Shown: positions 18,034 to 26,453 of the stretch, one piece after another | Position numbering within the stretch: position 1 is the stretch's first letter | Layout of the letters: each line of letters begins with the position of its first letter | Origin: Lachnospiraceae bacterium | Lineage (GTDB): Bacteria > Bacillota > Clostridia > Lachnospirales > Lachnospiraceae | Assembly (NCBI GenBank): GCA_024693545.1 | Contig: JAILKT010000060.1 | Span: forward strand, 32,723-96,722 | Length of the DNA: 64,000 bases | Reading direction: 5' to 3' | Translations under genes and position numbers: made by a program | The notes under the pieces: model-generated | Database searches by the model: none | The model's input: the letters and a program-made list of their open reading frames with translations, nothing else | What the model was told of the DNA's origin: nothing

Positions 18034-20031
18034 TCACTTCGAGATCATCTCCATGATCTCATTGCTTCTTGCAACAAACTTTGTCATTGCTTCAGGTGAA
18101 AGAGGTCTGTGTGAGAGCATCGCAAGATCATAAAGCTGCTCACAGATTATCTCCACCTTCTTGCCCTTCTTATGTTCAAGCAGGAACTTTACAAGCGGAT
18201 TTGCAAGGTTAAGTGTCAGTGTCTCGCCTTCACCGAACATATCTTCATTCATGCCTGTCATATTGTACATCTTCATCATATCGGACATACGTCTGCTTTC
18301 TTCTGAAAGAGTGATCACGGAAGACACCGAAGCATCCTTTAACATCTGTGCCTTAACGACGATCTTATCTTTTCCGAGTACCTTCTTGAAAAGCTTTGAA
18401 AGATTTTCTTCGCTTTCCTTTATTTCTTCCTCGGAGCCTTCCTGCTTAAGTGAATCGCTAATGTCCGCATCAATGCGCAGGAATGCAAGTTTATCATTTT
18501 CCTGCTCGATCTGCTGAATAAACGGCTGATCTATATTATGAGTGAGAATAACGGCATTAAGGCCCTGACTCTTAAACATATTCACATACTGGCTCTGCTG
18601 TTTTTCATCGGTTACATAATATACCTTTGTCTTTTGAGGTTCTTTCTTTTCATCGTCATCACCGGAGACAACCTCGCCTTCAACCTTTTCAAGTCCTTCG
18701 TCGTTACCTTCGGAAGAAGGATTCTCTGCCTTCTTGTCATCATCTTTCTTCTCTTCGGCTGCCGGGCCTCCAACCTCTTTGATATATTCGTCAAGGGTCA
18801 GATACTTGCCGGAAAGATCCTTATAAATACAGTAATCCCTGATCTTTTCTTTAAACTTCGAATCTTTGATACAACCGTATTTGATAAAGGGTGCGATATC
18901 ATCCCAGTACTTCTCGTAGTTCTCCCTTTCAGTCTTAAACATTCCCGAAAGCTTGTCCGCAACCTTCTTTGTAATGTAGTCAGAAATCTTCCTGACAAAG
19001 CCGTCATTCTGAAGCGCGCTTCTCGAAACATTGAGCGGCAGATCGGGACAGTCGATCACGCCCTTTAAGAGCATCAGGAATTCCGGTATTACTTCCTTAA
19101 TGTTGTCCGCGATAAAGACCTGATTGCTGTAAAGCTTTATAACGCCCTCAAGGCTCTCATATTCGAGATTGATCTTGGGGAAGTAAAGAATTCCTTTAAG
19201 GTTAAAGGGATAATCCATATTAAGGTGTATATAGAAAAGGGGTTCCCTGTAATCATGAAATACATTTCTGTAAAACTCTTTATATTCCTCTTCCTTACAC
19301 TCGTTCGGATGCTTGTTCCAAAGAGGCGTGGTATTGTTTAAAGGTTTTTCCTCTTCCTTCTTTTCTTCCTCGCCTTCTTTTTTCTCAGGTTCGGGGGCGT
19401 TTTCGTTCTTCAGATAGATCGGTACCGGCATAAATGCACAGTACTTGTTGAGAACTTCTCTTGCTCTGTACTCATTAGAGAACTCATAACTGTCCTCATT
19501 GAGGTAAAGTGTGATCGTCGTACCTCTTTCGGTCTTGTCACCCTCGCCCATCTCAAATTCCATGCCTTCATCGGAAGACCAGAACACGGGCTTAGCATCT
19601 TTCTTATACGAAAGACTTGAGATCGTTACTCTGTGAGCAACCATAAACGAAGAATAAAAGCCCAGTCCGAAATGGCCGATTATCTGGTCTTCGCTTGCTT
19701 TATCCTTATATTTTTTAAGGAAATCCTCGGCTCCCGAGAACGCTATCTGGTTAATGTATTCCTTAACCTCATCGGCTGTCATGCCGATTCCGTTATCACT
19801 GACTGTTATCGTCTTTTCTTCCTGATTGACACTGACGTCAATGCGGTACTGCTCGCCCTCCGGCTCCTCAAATTCACCGATAAGTGCCAGTTTCTTAAGT
19901 TTGGTAACAGCGTCGCATCCGTTTGATACGAGCTCCCTGTAAAAAATATCGTGATCAGAATAAAGCCACTTTTTGATAATGGGGAATATATTCTCCGAAT
20001 TGATTGACAGATTGCCTTTTTCCGTACTCAT
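18034..20031 (-). CDS. htpG: molecular chaperone HtpG (Hsp90)
   Basis: IFYRELVSNGCDA, DNGIGMT and GHFGLGFYSSFMV are Hsp90 GHKL motifs. The start is moved to the ATG at 20031 (MSTEKGNLSINSENIF...). Confidence 0.92.
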   Translation of the reverse strand: MSTEKGNLSINSENIFPIIKKWLYSDHDIFYRELVSNGCDAVTKLKKLALIGEFEEPEGEQYRIDVSVNQEEKTITVSDNGIGMTADEVKEYINQIAFSGAEDFLKKYKDKASEDQIIGHFGLGFYSSFMVAHRVTISSLSYKKDAKPVFWSSDEGMEFEMGEGDKTERGTTITLYLNEDSYEFSNEYRAREVLNKYCAFMPVPIYLKNENAPEPEKKEGEEEKKEEEKPLNNTTPLWNKHPNECKEEEYKEFYRNVFHDYREPLFYIHLNMDYPFNLKGILYFPKINLEYESLEGVIKLYSNQVFIADNIKEVIPEFLMLLKGVIDCPDLPLNVSRSALQNDGFVRKISDYITKKVADKLSGMFKTERENYEKYWDDIAPFIKYGCIKDSKFKEKIRDYCIYKDLSGKYLTLDEYIKEVGGPAAEEKKDDDKKAENPSSEGNDEGLEKVEGEVVSGDDDEKKEPQKTKVYYVTDEKQQSQYVNMFKSQGLNAVILTHNIDQPFIQQIEQENDKLAFLRIDADISDSLKQEGSEEEIKESEENLSKLFKKVLGKDKIVVKAQMLKDASVSSVITLSEESRRMSDMMKMYNMTGMNEDMFGEGETLTLNLANPLVKFLLEHKKGKKVEIICEQLYDLAMLSHRPLSPEAMTKFVARSNEIMEMISK

Positions 20032-20097
20032 ATATTTATCACTCTCTTTCTTCTGCCGAAGCGGTACAGGACGCTTCTCTTTTTTACTTTTGAAACT

Positions 20098-20127
20098 ATC
20101 ATATACCACAAGAGTACTCCGTGTCAA
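20098..20127 (-). promoter_or_regulatory. sigma-A promoter candidate for htpG
   Basis: Minus strand reads TTGACA (20127-20122), then TATATG after 16 nt or TATGAT after 18 nt. Confidence 0.5.
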
Positions 20128-20134
20128 TAAAAAA

Positions 20135-20161
20135 TTAGCACTCAGTTATATTGAGTGCTAA
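20135..20161. promoter_or_regulatory. CIRCE element (HrcA operator)
   Basis: TTAGCACTC-N9-GAGTGCTAA is a perfect match to the CIRCE consensus inverted repeat. It lies 7 nt upstream of the htpG -35 box and overlaps the stop codon of the upstream gene. Confidence 0.85.
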
Positions 20162-20604
20162 CAAATATCAACGTTCAATCCCAAGCCTTTAAGGAAGGCA
20201 AAAGCCTCCGAATCCCAGTCTCTTTCGGGCTGTTTATCGGTTGTAAAACCATTTTGAGCAAAACCTGTGACAACCACAAGCTCTGCAGGATTGAATCTGA
20301 TATTTAAGATCTGTTTTCCGTCGTCGCTCTGCTTTTGAAGTACTACCTTCATCCTGACAGGAAGCCTTTTTCCCTTTACCGTAAGACGCACACTTTCCTT
20401 GGCATCCGCCCATGGATGAAACGTTCCGGGACCCATGATCTCATTTTCGTCCTGCGTATAAAAAGTTCTGTTTATGCGTCCCGAGATCCTGTAATCCATA
20501 CCCATTCCGACCTCGGCCTCAATAAACATAAACTTATCAAAAGCATCCCCCGAAAGAAGAAGCTCCATAAACCTCTTTATGTCATTAACACGAATCGCAG
20601 TCAT
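20158..20604 (-). CDS. hypothetical cytoplasmic protein
   Basis: 148-aa ORF in operon context. No motif recognised. Confidence 0.45.
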   Translation of the reverse strand: MTAIRVNDIKRFMELLLSGDAFDKFMFIEAEVGMGMDYRISGRINRTFYTQDENEIMGPGTFHPWADAKESVRLTVKGKRLPVRMKVVLQKQSDDGKQILNIRFNPAELVVVTGFAQNGFTTDKQPERDWDSEAFAFLKGLGLNVDIC

Positions 20605-20628
20605 ATCATGTTCCTTTCATGACGGGCA

Positions 20629-22644
20629 TCATTCCTGTTTTTCCATTTTTTCTGAGACTTTGTCTTTCCTGCCGTCCTTTTTCTTTTCTTTTGAGACTTT
20701 GGCTTTCCCGCTGTCCTTTTTCTTTTCTCCTGAGACACTGGCTTTCCCGCTGTCCTTTTTCTTTTCTCCTGAGACTTTGGCTTTCCCGCTGTCCTTTTTC
20801 TTTATGGAAACGGAAGCTTTCACGCGCGGCTCATCGACCCTGAAAAGGACTGCCGTTCGGCCTTCCAAAGTACATGTTCTCTCGCCGGCAACGGCACCCG
20901 CGTCATCCGATGCAAGTATCATCGTATAAGGTCTTTCATCGATTGTCGGGAGGTCAAATTCATGTGCCTCCCAGTGCATATTTATGAGCAAAAAGAAGCC
21001 GGCATCCGTATTCTTTCTGTCTACCTGAACGTACTGTCCGTTAAGAAGTATTCCGAGTGTCCTGCTGTAATACCCGTAGTCGGGCATCCATGCCTTTATC
21101 CCGTGGAACGAAATATCCGGCAGCCCCTGTCCCAAATAATCCTGACCTTTAAGCTCTGTCTTATTTGCAAAAACGGGATGCGTTCTTTTAATACCGATCA
21201 GCTTTCTGACAAATGAGGTGATCTCTCTTGCCTGTGCGTTTTTCTCCCACACAACATAACCTGTCTCATTGTCACAGCAATAGTAATTGTTATTTCCTCC
21301 TGCAGTGTTAAGGAACTCGTCGCCTGCGTTTATCATCGGAACACCTTCCGAGAGGAACAGAAGCATGAGCGCGTTTCTGCACATCTTCAGTCTGAGTGCC
21401 CTTATGTTCTTCTTTCCGGTCGGACCTTCAACACCACAGTTCCAGCTGTAGTTGATCTCTCTTCCGTCACGATTTCTCTCGCCGTTTTCCTCATTATGTC
21501 TCACATCGTAGCAAAACACATCATAGAGTGTAAAACCGTCATGATCTGCGAAATAATTGATTCTTGCGGTGTTTCCCCCGTTATCCTTAAACGATCCCGC
21601 AAAATATCTGATCTGGTCCTCATCGCCCTTAACAAGCCTGCGGCAATTGACCATAAATGCATCATTGCAGCTGCCGAGTCTCTCTCTCCGGCATTCATCG
21701 GGGATTCCTGTGGTATCCCAGTCGTGGGATATAAGCGTCATTCCGGTTAGGACGGGATCGAGTGCCAGCATCGGTATGCACGGATTGTCGCCCATCAGCC
21801 TGAAACCGTCGATGTCATATTCGTCTTTCCAGAAAGCAAGGACGCCCGTTACAAACGAGTAAGAAACATCCGCAGGGAAACACATCTCCATCATAACGTC
21901 TATGCCTGCCCTGTGAAGCGATCCGACAAGAGACCTGAATTCTGCATCCGCCTTATCCGGCTGTGACGCATATGAAGCCTTCGGCGCAAAAAATGCAGCA
22001 GGTGCCGAATAACCCCAGACATTCAGTTTTTTCGGTGCTTCCACCGGTGGAACACTTCCGTTCAAAACGGCTTCAAAGGGCGAAGACGGTTTTCTTTCGG
22101 GCGGCCTGGTAAAATCGCTGCCACGCACAACTTCGTCAAAATCATAACACGGCATAAGAAGTACCGTCGTTATGCCGAGTCCCTTCAGATATCTGACCTT
22201 CGAAGCCACACCCGCAAATGTCCCCGGTGCAGCTACTCCCGATGACGCATGAGCCGTAAAACACCTCACATGAAGCTTGTATATGACAGAAGAACGAAGG
22301 TCATGGGCTTTATATGCTTTTTTTCCTGTTTTTGAAGCTTTATCGGGAACGGAAAGGATCGCATCAGGCACTTCACTTCTCTCTCCGAAACCATTTTTTT
22401 CATCAAGAAGCCTCGCGAAAGGATCGGTGAATGCACCGTTTTCGTTTTCAAAATGATACACCAGAGGAACCGATTCGTCCTTAAATGAGCATACAAACCA
22501 TCCCGGTTGTTCGGGCGATTCATTCATCGCAATTGATCTCTTATTGCACATGAGCTTAACGCTCTTTGATCCGGGCGCAAAGACGGACGCTTTTATCTTT
22601 CCGTTTTCCCTTGTCAGCCCGGCAGTTCTTGTGTCAATTATCAT
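20629..22644 (-). CDS. GH13 alpha-glucan debranching-type enzyme (GlgX/pullulanase-like) with a Lys-rich C-terminal repeat tail
   Basis: GH13 blocks (GIDVMMEM, DGFRLMGDN, YFADHDGFTL, NYSWNCG) after an N-terminal CBM48-like region. The start is moved to the ATG at 22644 because the longer track ORF overlaps the ABC-F gene. Confidence 0.75.
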   Translation of the reverse strand: MIIDTRTAGLTRENGKIKASVFAPGSKSVKLMCNKRSIAMNESPEQPGWFVCSFKDESVPLVYHFENENGAFTDPFARLLDEKNGFGERSEVPDAILSVPDKASKTGKKAYKAHDLRSSVIYKLHVRCFTAHASSGVAAPGTFAGVASKVRYLKGLGITTVLLMPCYDFDEVVRGSDFTRPPERKPSSPFEAVLNGSVPPVEAPKKLNVWGYSAPAAFFAPKASYASQPDKADAEFRSLVGSLHRAGIDVMMEMCFPADVSYSFVTGVLAFWKDEYDIDGFRLMGDNPCIPMLALDPVLTGMTLISHDWDTTGIPDECRRERLGSCNDAFMVNCRRLVKGDEDQIRYFAGSFKDNGGNTARINYFADHDGFTLYDVFCYDVRHNEENGERNRDGREINYSWNCGVEGPTGKKNIRALRLKMCRNALMLLFLSEGVPMINAGDEFLNTAGGNNNYYCCDNETGYVVWEKNAQAREITSFVRKLIGIKRTHPVFANKTELKGQDYLGQGLPDISFHGIKAWMPDYGYYSRTLGILLNGQYVQVDRKNTDAGFFLLINMHWEAHEFDLPTIDERPYTMILASDDAGAVAGERTCTLEGRTAVLFRVDEPRVKASVSIKKKDSGKAKVSGEKKKDSGKASVSGEKKKDSGKAKVSKEKKKDGRKDKVSEKMEKQE
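20653..20805. repeat. in-frame 39-nt tandem repeat, about 3.9 copies, encoding (K)KKDSGKAKVSGE units
   Basis: Units start at 20653, 20692, 20731 and 20770 and are nearly identical. Confidence 0.85.
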
Positions 22645-22645
22645 A

Positions 22646-24280
22646 TCAATCCTCTTCTTCCTCATTGACTGCAAGCACAGTTCTCTTACGTGCCATTTCG
22701 TCGCTCGCAAGATAATCGTCATATGTCGAAATTTTATCGATAAGTCTTCCGTCCGGCAGGATTTCCATTATCCTGTTGGCTGTGGTCTGAATAAACTGAT
22801 GATCGAGTGCTGTAAAGAGCTCTACTCCGGGGAACTTGATGAGCGCATTGTTAAGCGCAGTGATCGATTCCATATCAAGGTGGTTCGTAGGCTCATCCAT
22901 AACAAGCACGTTCGAGCCGAGGATCATCATCTTCGAGAGCATAACCCTGACACGCTCTCCTCCCGAAAGAACATTAACCTTCTTTACACCGTCTTCTCCC
23001 TTGAAAAGCATTCTTCCGAGGAATCCTCTGACGTACTGCTGGTCGTCAACCGGTGAGAAAGGCATAAGATGATCGACGATCGTTTCGTCGCCTTTAAACT
23101 CTTCGGTATTGTCTTTTGCAAAATAGCCTCTCTGTGTTGTAACACCCCACTTAAACGAGCCCTCGTCCGGCTGCATTTCTTCGTTGAGGATCTTAAAGAG
23201 CACTGTTGCGGCCTGATTGTTACCTCCGACAAATGCTATCTTGTCGTCATGACCTACTACAAAGCTGATATTATCAAGCACCTTGACACCGTCGATCGTC
23301 TTTGAAAGGTTACTTACGGTAAGGACCTCGTTTCCGATCGTGCGGTTCGGTTTGAAATCGATATAAGGGTAAACTCTGCTCGAAGGCTTGATATCATCAA
23401 GCTCGATCTTTTCAAGCGCACGCTTACGTGATGTAGCCTGCTTAGACTTCGATGCATTTGCGGAGAATCTCTGAATGAATTCCTGAAGCTCTTTGATCTT
23501 CTCTTCCTTCTTCTTGTTTGCTTCCTTCATCTGTCTGATCATGAGCTGACTTGACTCGTACCAGAAATCATAGTTTCCGGCGTAAAGACGGATCTTCTGA
23601 TAATCGATATCGGCGATCTGCGTGCAGACTTTGTTAAGGAAATATCTGTCATGAGATACAACTATGACTGTATTGTCGAAATTGATCAGGAACTCGTTAA
23701 GCCAGCTGATCGCTTCAAGGTCAAGGTGGTTCGTAGGCTCGTCGAGCAGCAGAATGTCGGGATTTCCGAAAAGTGCCTGCGCGAGAAGGACTTTTACCTT
23801 CAATGAGTCCTTGAGCTGTGACATCATCATGTGGTGATACTCGGTGTCAACACCGAGACCGTTAAGGAGTGTAGCCGCTTCCGACTCAGCTTCCCATCCG
23901 TTCATATTTGCAAACTCTGCCTCAAGCTCACTTGCCCTGATGCCGTCTTCATCGGTGAAATCCTCTTTTGCGTAGATTGCGTCCTTTTCTTTCATTATCT
24001 CGTACAAACGCTTATTTCCGAGGATTACTGTATCCGTAACGTCATATGAATCATATTTGAAGTGATCCTGTTCGAGGAATGAAAGTCTCTGTCCCGGAGT
24101 GATGATAACCTCGCCCTTCGAAGGCTCAAGCTGTCCCGAAAGGATCTTGAGAAACGTGGACTTTCCCGCACCGTTCGCTCCGATAAGTCCATAGCAATTT
24201 CCTTCCGTAAATTTAATGTTAACGTCCTCAAAGAGTGCTCTCTTTCCAAGACGCAGTGTCACGTTAGATGCTGCGATCAT
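22646..24280 (-). CDS. ABC-F family ATPase (two ABC domains, no TM domain)
   Basis: Two Walker A sites (GANGAGKST, and a second in the C-terminal half), two signature motifs (LSGGERVR present) and a charged inter-domain linker KKKEEKIKELQEFIQRF. Confidence 0.88.
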   Translation of the reverse strand: MIAASNVTLRLGKRALFEDVNIKFTEGNCYGLIGANGAGKSTFLKILSGQLEPSKGEVIITPGQRLSFLEQDHFKYDSYDVTDTVILGNKRLYEIMKEKDAIYAKEDFTDEDGIRASELEAEFANMNGWEAESEAATLLNGLGVDTEYHHMMMSQLKDSLKVKVLLAQALFGNPDILLLDEPTNHLDLEAISWLNEFLINFDNTVIVVSHDRYFLNKVCTQIADIDYQKIRLYAGNYDFWYESSQLMIRQMKEANKKKEEKIKELQEFIQRFSANASKSKQATSRKRALEKIELDDIKPSSRVYPYIDFKPNRTIGNEVLTVSNLSKTIDGVKVLDNISFVVGHDDKIAFVGGNNQAATVLFKILNEEMQPDEGSFKWGVTTQRGYFAKDNTEEFKGDETIVDHLMPFSPVDDQQYVRGFLGRMLFKGEDGVKKVNVLSGGERVRVMLSKMMILGSNVLVMDEPTNHLDMESITALNNALIKFPGVELFTALDHQFIQTTANRIMEILPDGRLIDKISTYDDYLASDEMARKRTVLAVNEEEED

Positions 24281-24360
24281 TTATAACTCCTTTTTAACTC
24301 GTCCGGTTCTGCTTAGCCGGGTATTTCCTGTGATATTCAGACTACGTTTAAACGTAATAA

Positions 24361-24391
24361 CAGTGTGCGTTTGCATTACGAGCGCACACTG
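24361..24391 (-). terminator. hairpin plus U-rich tract at the 5' end of the ABC-F leader; an attenuator and/or read-through terminator for the upstream operon
   Basis: 9-bp stem CAGTGTGCG/CGCACACTG with a 13-nt loop, followed on the minus strand by TTATTACGTTT. It begins about where the predicted promoter would start transcription. Confidence 0.4.
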
Positions 24392-24395
24392 CTTT

Positions 24396-24424
24396 ATTTT
24401 ACCTTAATCTTCAACTGTTTGCAA
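24396..24424 (-). promoter_or_regulatory. sigma-A promoter candidate for the ABC-F gene
   Basis: Minus strand reads TTGCAA (24424-24419), a 17-nt spacer, then TAAAAT (24401-24396). Confidence 0.5.
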
Positions 24425-24547
24425 GACGATACGAAAACGTGTTTGTTATATGACGCTGATATCTCCGGCCGATGACGTCGTTTTTTCAGCGGAAACGTCC
24501 TCATCTCGTTTTTGACGATCCATCTGTTACGCATGCCGTAAATATCG

Positions 24548-25450
24548 TTATTCCACCGTACAGAAGCTTGCGGAAACATACGCCTTCGGCGCATCATTAT
24601 ATACGATCGCAACCCATCCATATACTTCAGGTGCAGTCGGGTCGAGTGAGTAAACCGCTCCCTCGGCAGCTATGGCAAGCTTATTTGATTCCATATTGGC
24701 GTCATCACGTATATAAACAGCCCTGTCTATCCTGACTTTTCTCGAACTTACTCCCTGAATCTGTTCATCCGCAGCTCTTCCTGTAAGGAGGTAGTTGTTT
24801 ATAACGTATCCCGTAAGATCTCCACACTTTACAAGAGAGAATTCTTCCCCCTTTTCAAGGACTATACCGTACGAGCCCTTGAGGAACTCCCCGACTTTTT
24901 CTGAGGATTTGCTTGCCTCCTTGCGGACATTGACCTGATAGTTTATGTTTTGAAGTACAAAATGCGTCTCTGTTCCGTCAAATTTAAGTTCTTCCACAGG
25001 AACATTTTTCCCTATCGGCAATCCTTCTGCCGTAACCTCGCCGTTATTGCCTGATCCTTCGTTTCCGGATGATGCGTTATTGTCCCCGTTTGTTTTCTTA
25101 TCGTCTTCCTGTTTGGTCTTGCCGTTCTCTCCTTCAGTGTTACTCTTCGACCCGGTGTTTTCCGATGCGGCATCTGAGGACTTGTTTTCCGGATTCACTT
25201 GCTCCGAATTGTTTTTCTTTGAATCCGAAGGATCGGTTTCACTGCTTTCTTCTCTTTTGATCGCTTCGTCTTCACCCAAAGGCGACAGTTTTTCGTTGCT
25301 GTTATTAACCGTCTGCTTTGTTTCGACATTTTCGGTTTTGTCGTTTCCTCCAAACTCGTTTACCAGGGAGATAACTCCGAATATGAGTGCCAATATTGCC
25401 GTGATAACAAATACTCCGGTTATAATCTTAAAAATCTTGTTAGGATTCAT
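24548..25450 (-). CDS. membrane-anchored protein with two bacterial SH3-like domains
   Basis: N-terminal TM helix, a Ser/Asn/Glu-rich linker, then two SH3b-like blocks (VNVRKEASKSSEKVGEFLKGSYGIVLEK..., VYIRDDANMESNKLAIAAEGAVYSL...). Confidence 0.65.
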   Translation of the reverse strand: MNPNKIFKIITGVFVITAILALIFGVISLVNEFGGNDKTENVETKQTVNNSNEKLSPLGEDEAIKREESSETDPSDSKKNNSEQVNPENKSSDAASENTGSKSNTEGENGKTKQEDDKKTNGDNNASSGNEGSGNNGEVTAEGLPIGKNVPVEELKFDGTETHFVLQNINYQVNVRKEASKSSEKVGEFLKGSYGIVLEKGEEFSLVKCGDLTGYVINNYLLTGRAADEQIQGVSSRKVRIDRAVYIRDDANMESNKLAIAAEGAVYSLDPTAPEVYGWVAIVYNDAPKAYVSASFCTVE

Positions 25451-25525
25451 AATCTTAACACCCCCTGCAAATTATTGTACTGCGTTTACTTTTTCTCTTG
25501 TATACACCTGCTTTTATTTCGGCAT

Positions 25526-26383
25526 TTACTCTTTCTCATCCAAAGCTTTTGTTCCGGGGAGCTGTATATATATGCCCATTCCCGCTCCCGGAGCACTCCT
25601 TGCGTAAATCGTTCCGCCATAGGCGTTAACAATATCTCTTGCCTGTGTAAGTCCCAGGCCGTTTCCGCTGACTCTGTTCGAACCCTGGAAATTAAGGTCG
25701 AAAATGTACGGAAGTTCGTCTTTTCCTATTCCGAGTCCGTCATCCTTACAGACAATAAAAATATCATCGGCAACATTTGACACCGTAATATGCATATTTC
25801 CGGGGCGACGCATATATTTTACCGCATTATCGACAATATTTTTCATCATTACGGTCAAAAGTTTCCTGCTTCCCGTATATTCAACATTTCCGGCACAAAC
25901 GCATCCGGTTCTGATGCCCGCCTCCATTGCAAAAGGCTCCATAACGGCGATCGTATGCTTGACGATTTCGCCCATATCCACGCTCTCCTTTTCCTCAAGA
26001 AGAGCTTCATCAAACAGTACGGTTTTAAGTTTTGTGACTTCACGAACGACCGGCTCCTCTTTTTTTGATACATCGGCTACCGTTTCGGTTTTCTCATCGG
26101 TTCCGACCGCTGCGAGAGCAGGTGCGCTTATGACTGTCATGTTATCGGATTCGTTTGCCCCGGCATCACTGCCTTCAGGCTGCTTTCCGTCCTTTTCACG
26201 GTCGGACATAAAAGCCTTGTCCGAAAGAAGTGCCACTATCACAAGAAAAACAACGGTTTCAAGCGCAAAAAGCAGTGTTGTGACATAATTGGGGAAATTG
26301 TATAATCCGTATAATGCCACCACAAAAACAATCAATGCGACGATCAGCATCAATATTTCTTTGATTCCGTTTTTCTTAGCCAT
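25526..26383 (-). CDS. membrane protein carrying only a histidine-kinase catalytic (HATPase_c) domain; no DHp/H-box
   Basis: Two N-terminal TM helices and an acidic linker, then N box NIVDNAVKY, G1 DDGLGI and G2 GNGLGL. No HE..TP-type phospho-acceptor segment is present. Confidence 0.7.
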   Translation of the reverse strand: MAKKNGIKEILMLIVALIVFVVALYGLYNFPNYVTTLLFALETVVFLVIVALLSDKAFMSDREKDGKQPEGSDAGANESDNMTVISAPALAAVGTDEKTETVADVSKKEEPVVREVTKLKTVLFDEALLEEKESVDMGEIVKHTIAVMEPFAMEAGIRTGCVCAGNVEYTGSRKLLTVMMKNIVDNAVKYMRRPGNMHITVSNVADDIFIVCKDDGLGIGKDELPYIFDLNFQGSNRVSGNGLGLTQARDIVNAYGGTIYARSAPGAGMGIYIQLPGTKALDEKE

Positions 26384-26453
26384 AATCCAAAACTCCCGAA
26401 TAATATAATGATCCGAATCATAAAAGCGACTGCGTTCTGCTTTCGTCCGCGCG

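Noticed and set aside
22645-22722. Apparent 77-nt overlap between the GH13 ORF and the ABC-F gene
   Set aside because: This is an artefact of taking the longest ORF. An internal ATG at 22644, with an AAGAGGA RBS, starts 1 nt after the ABC-F stop and gives a sensible N-terminus.
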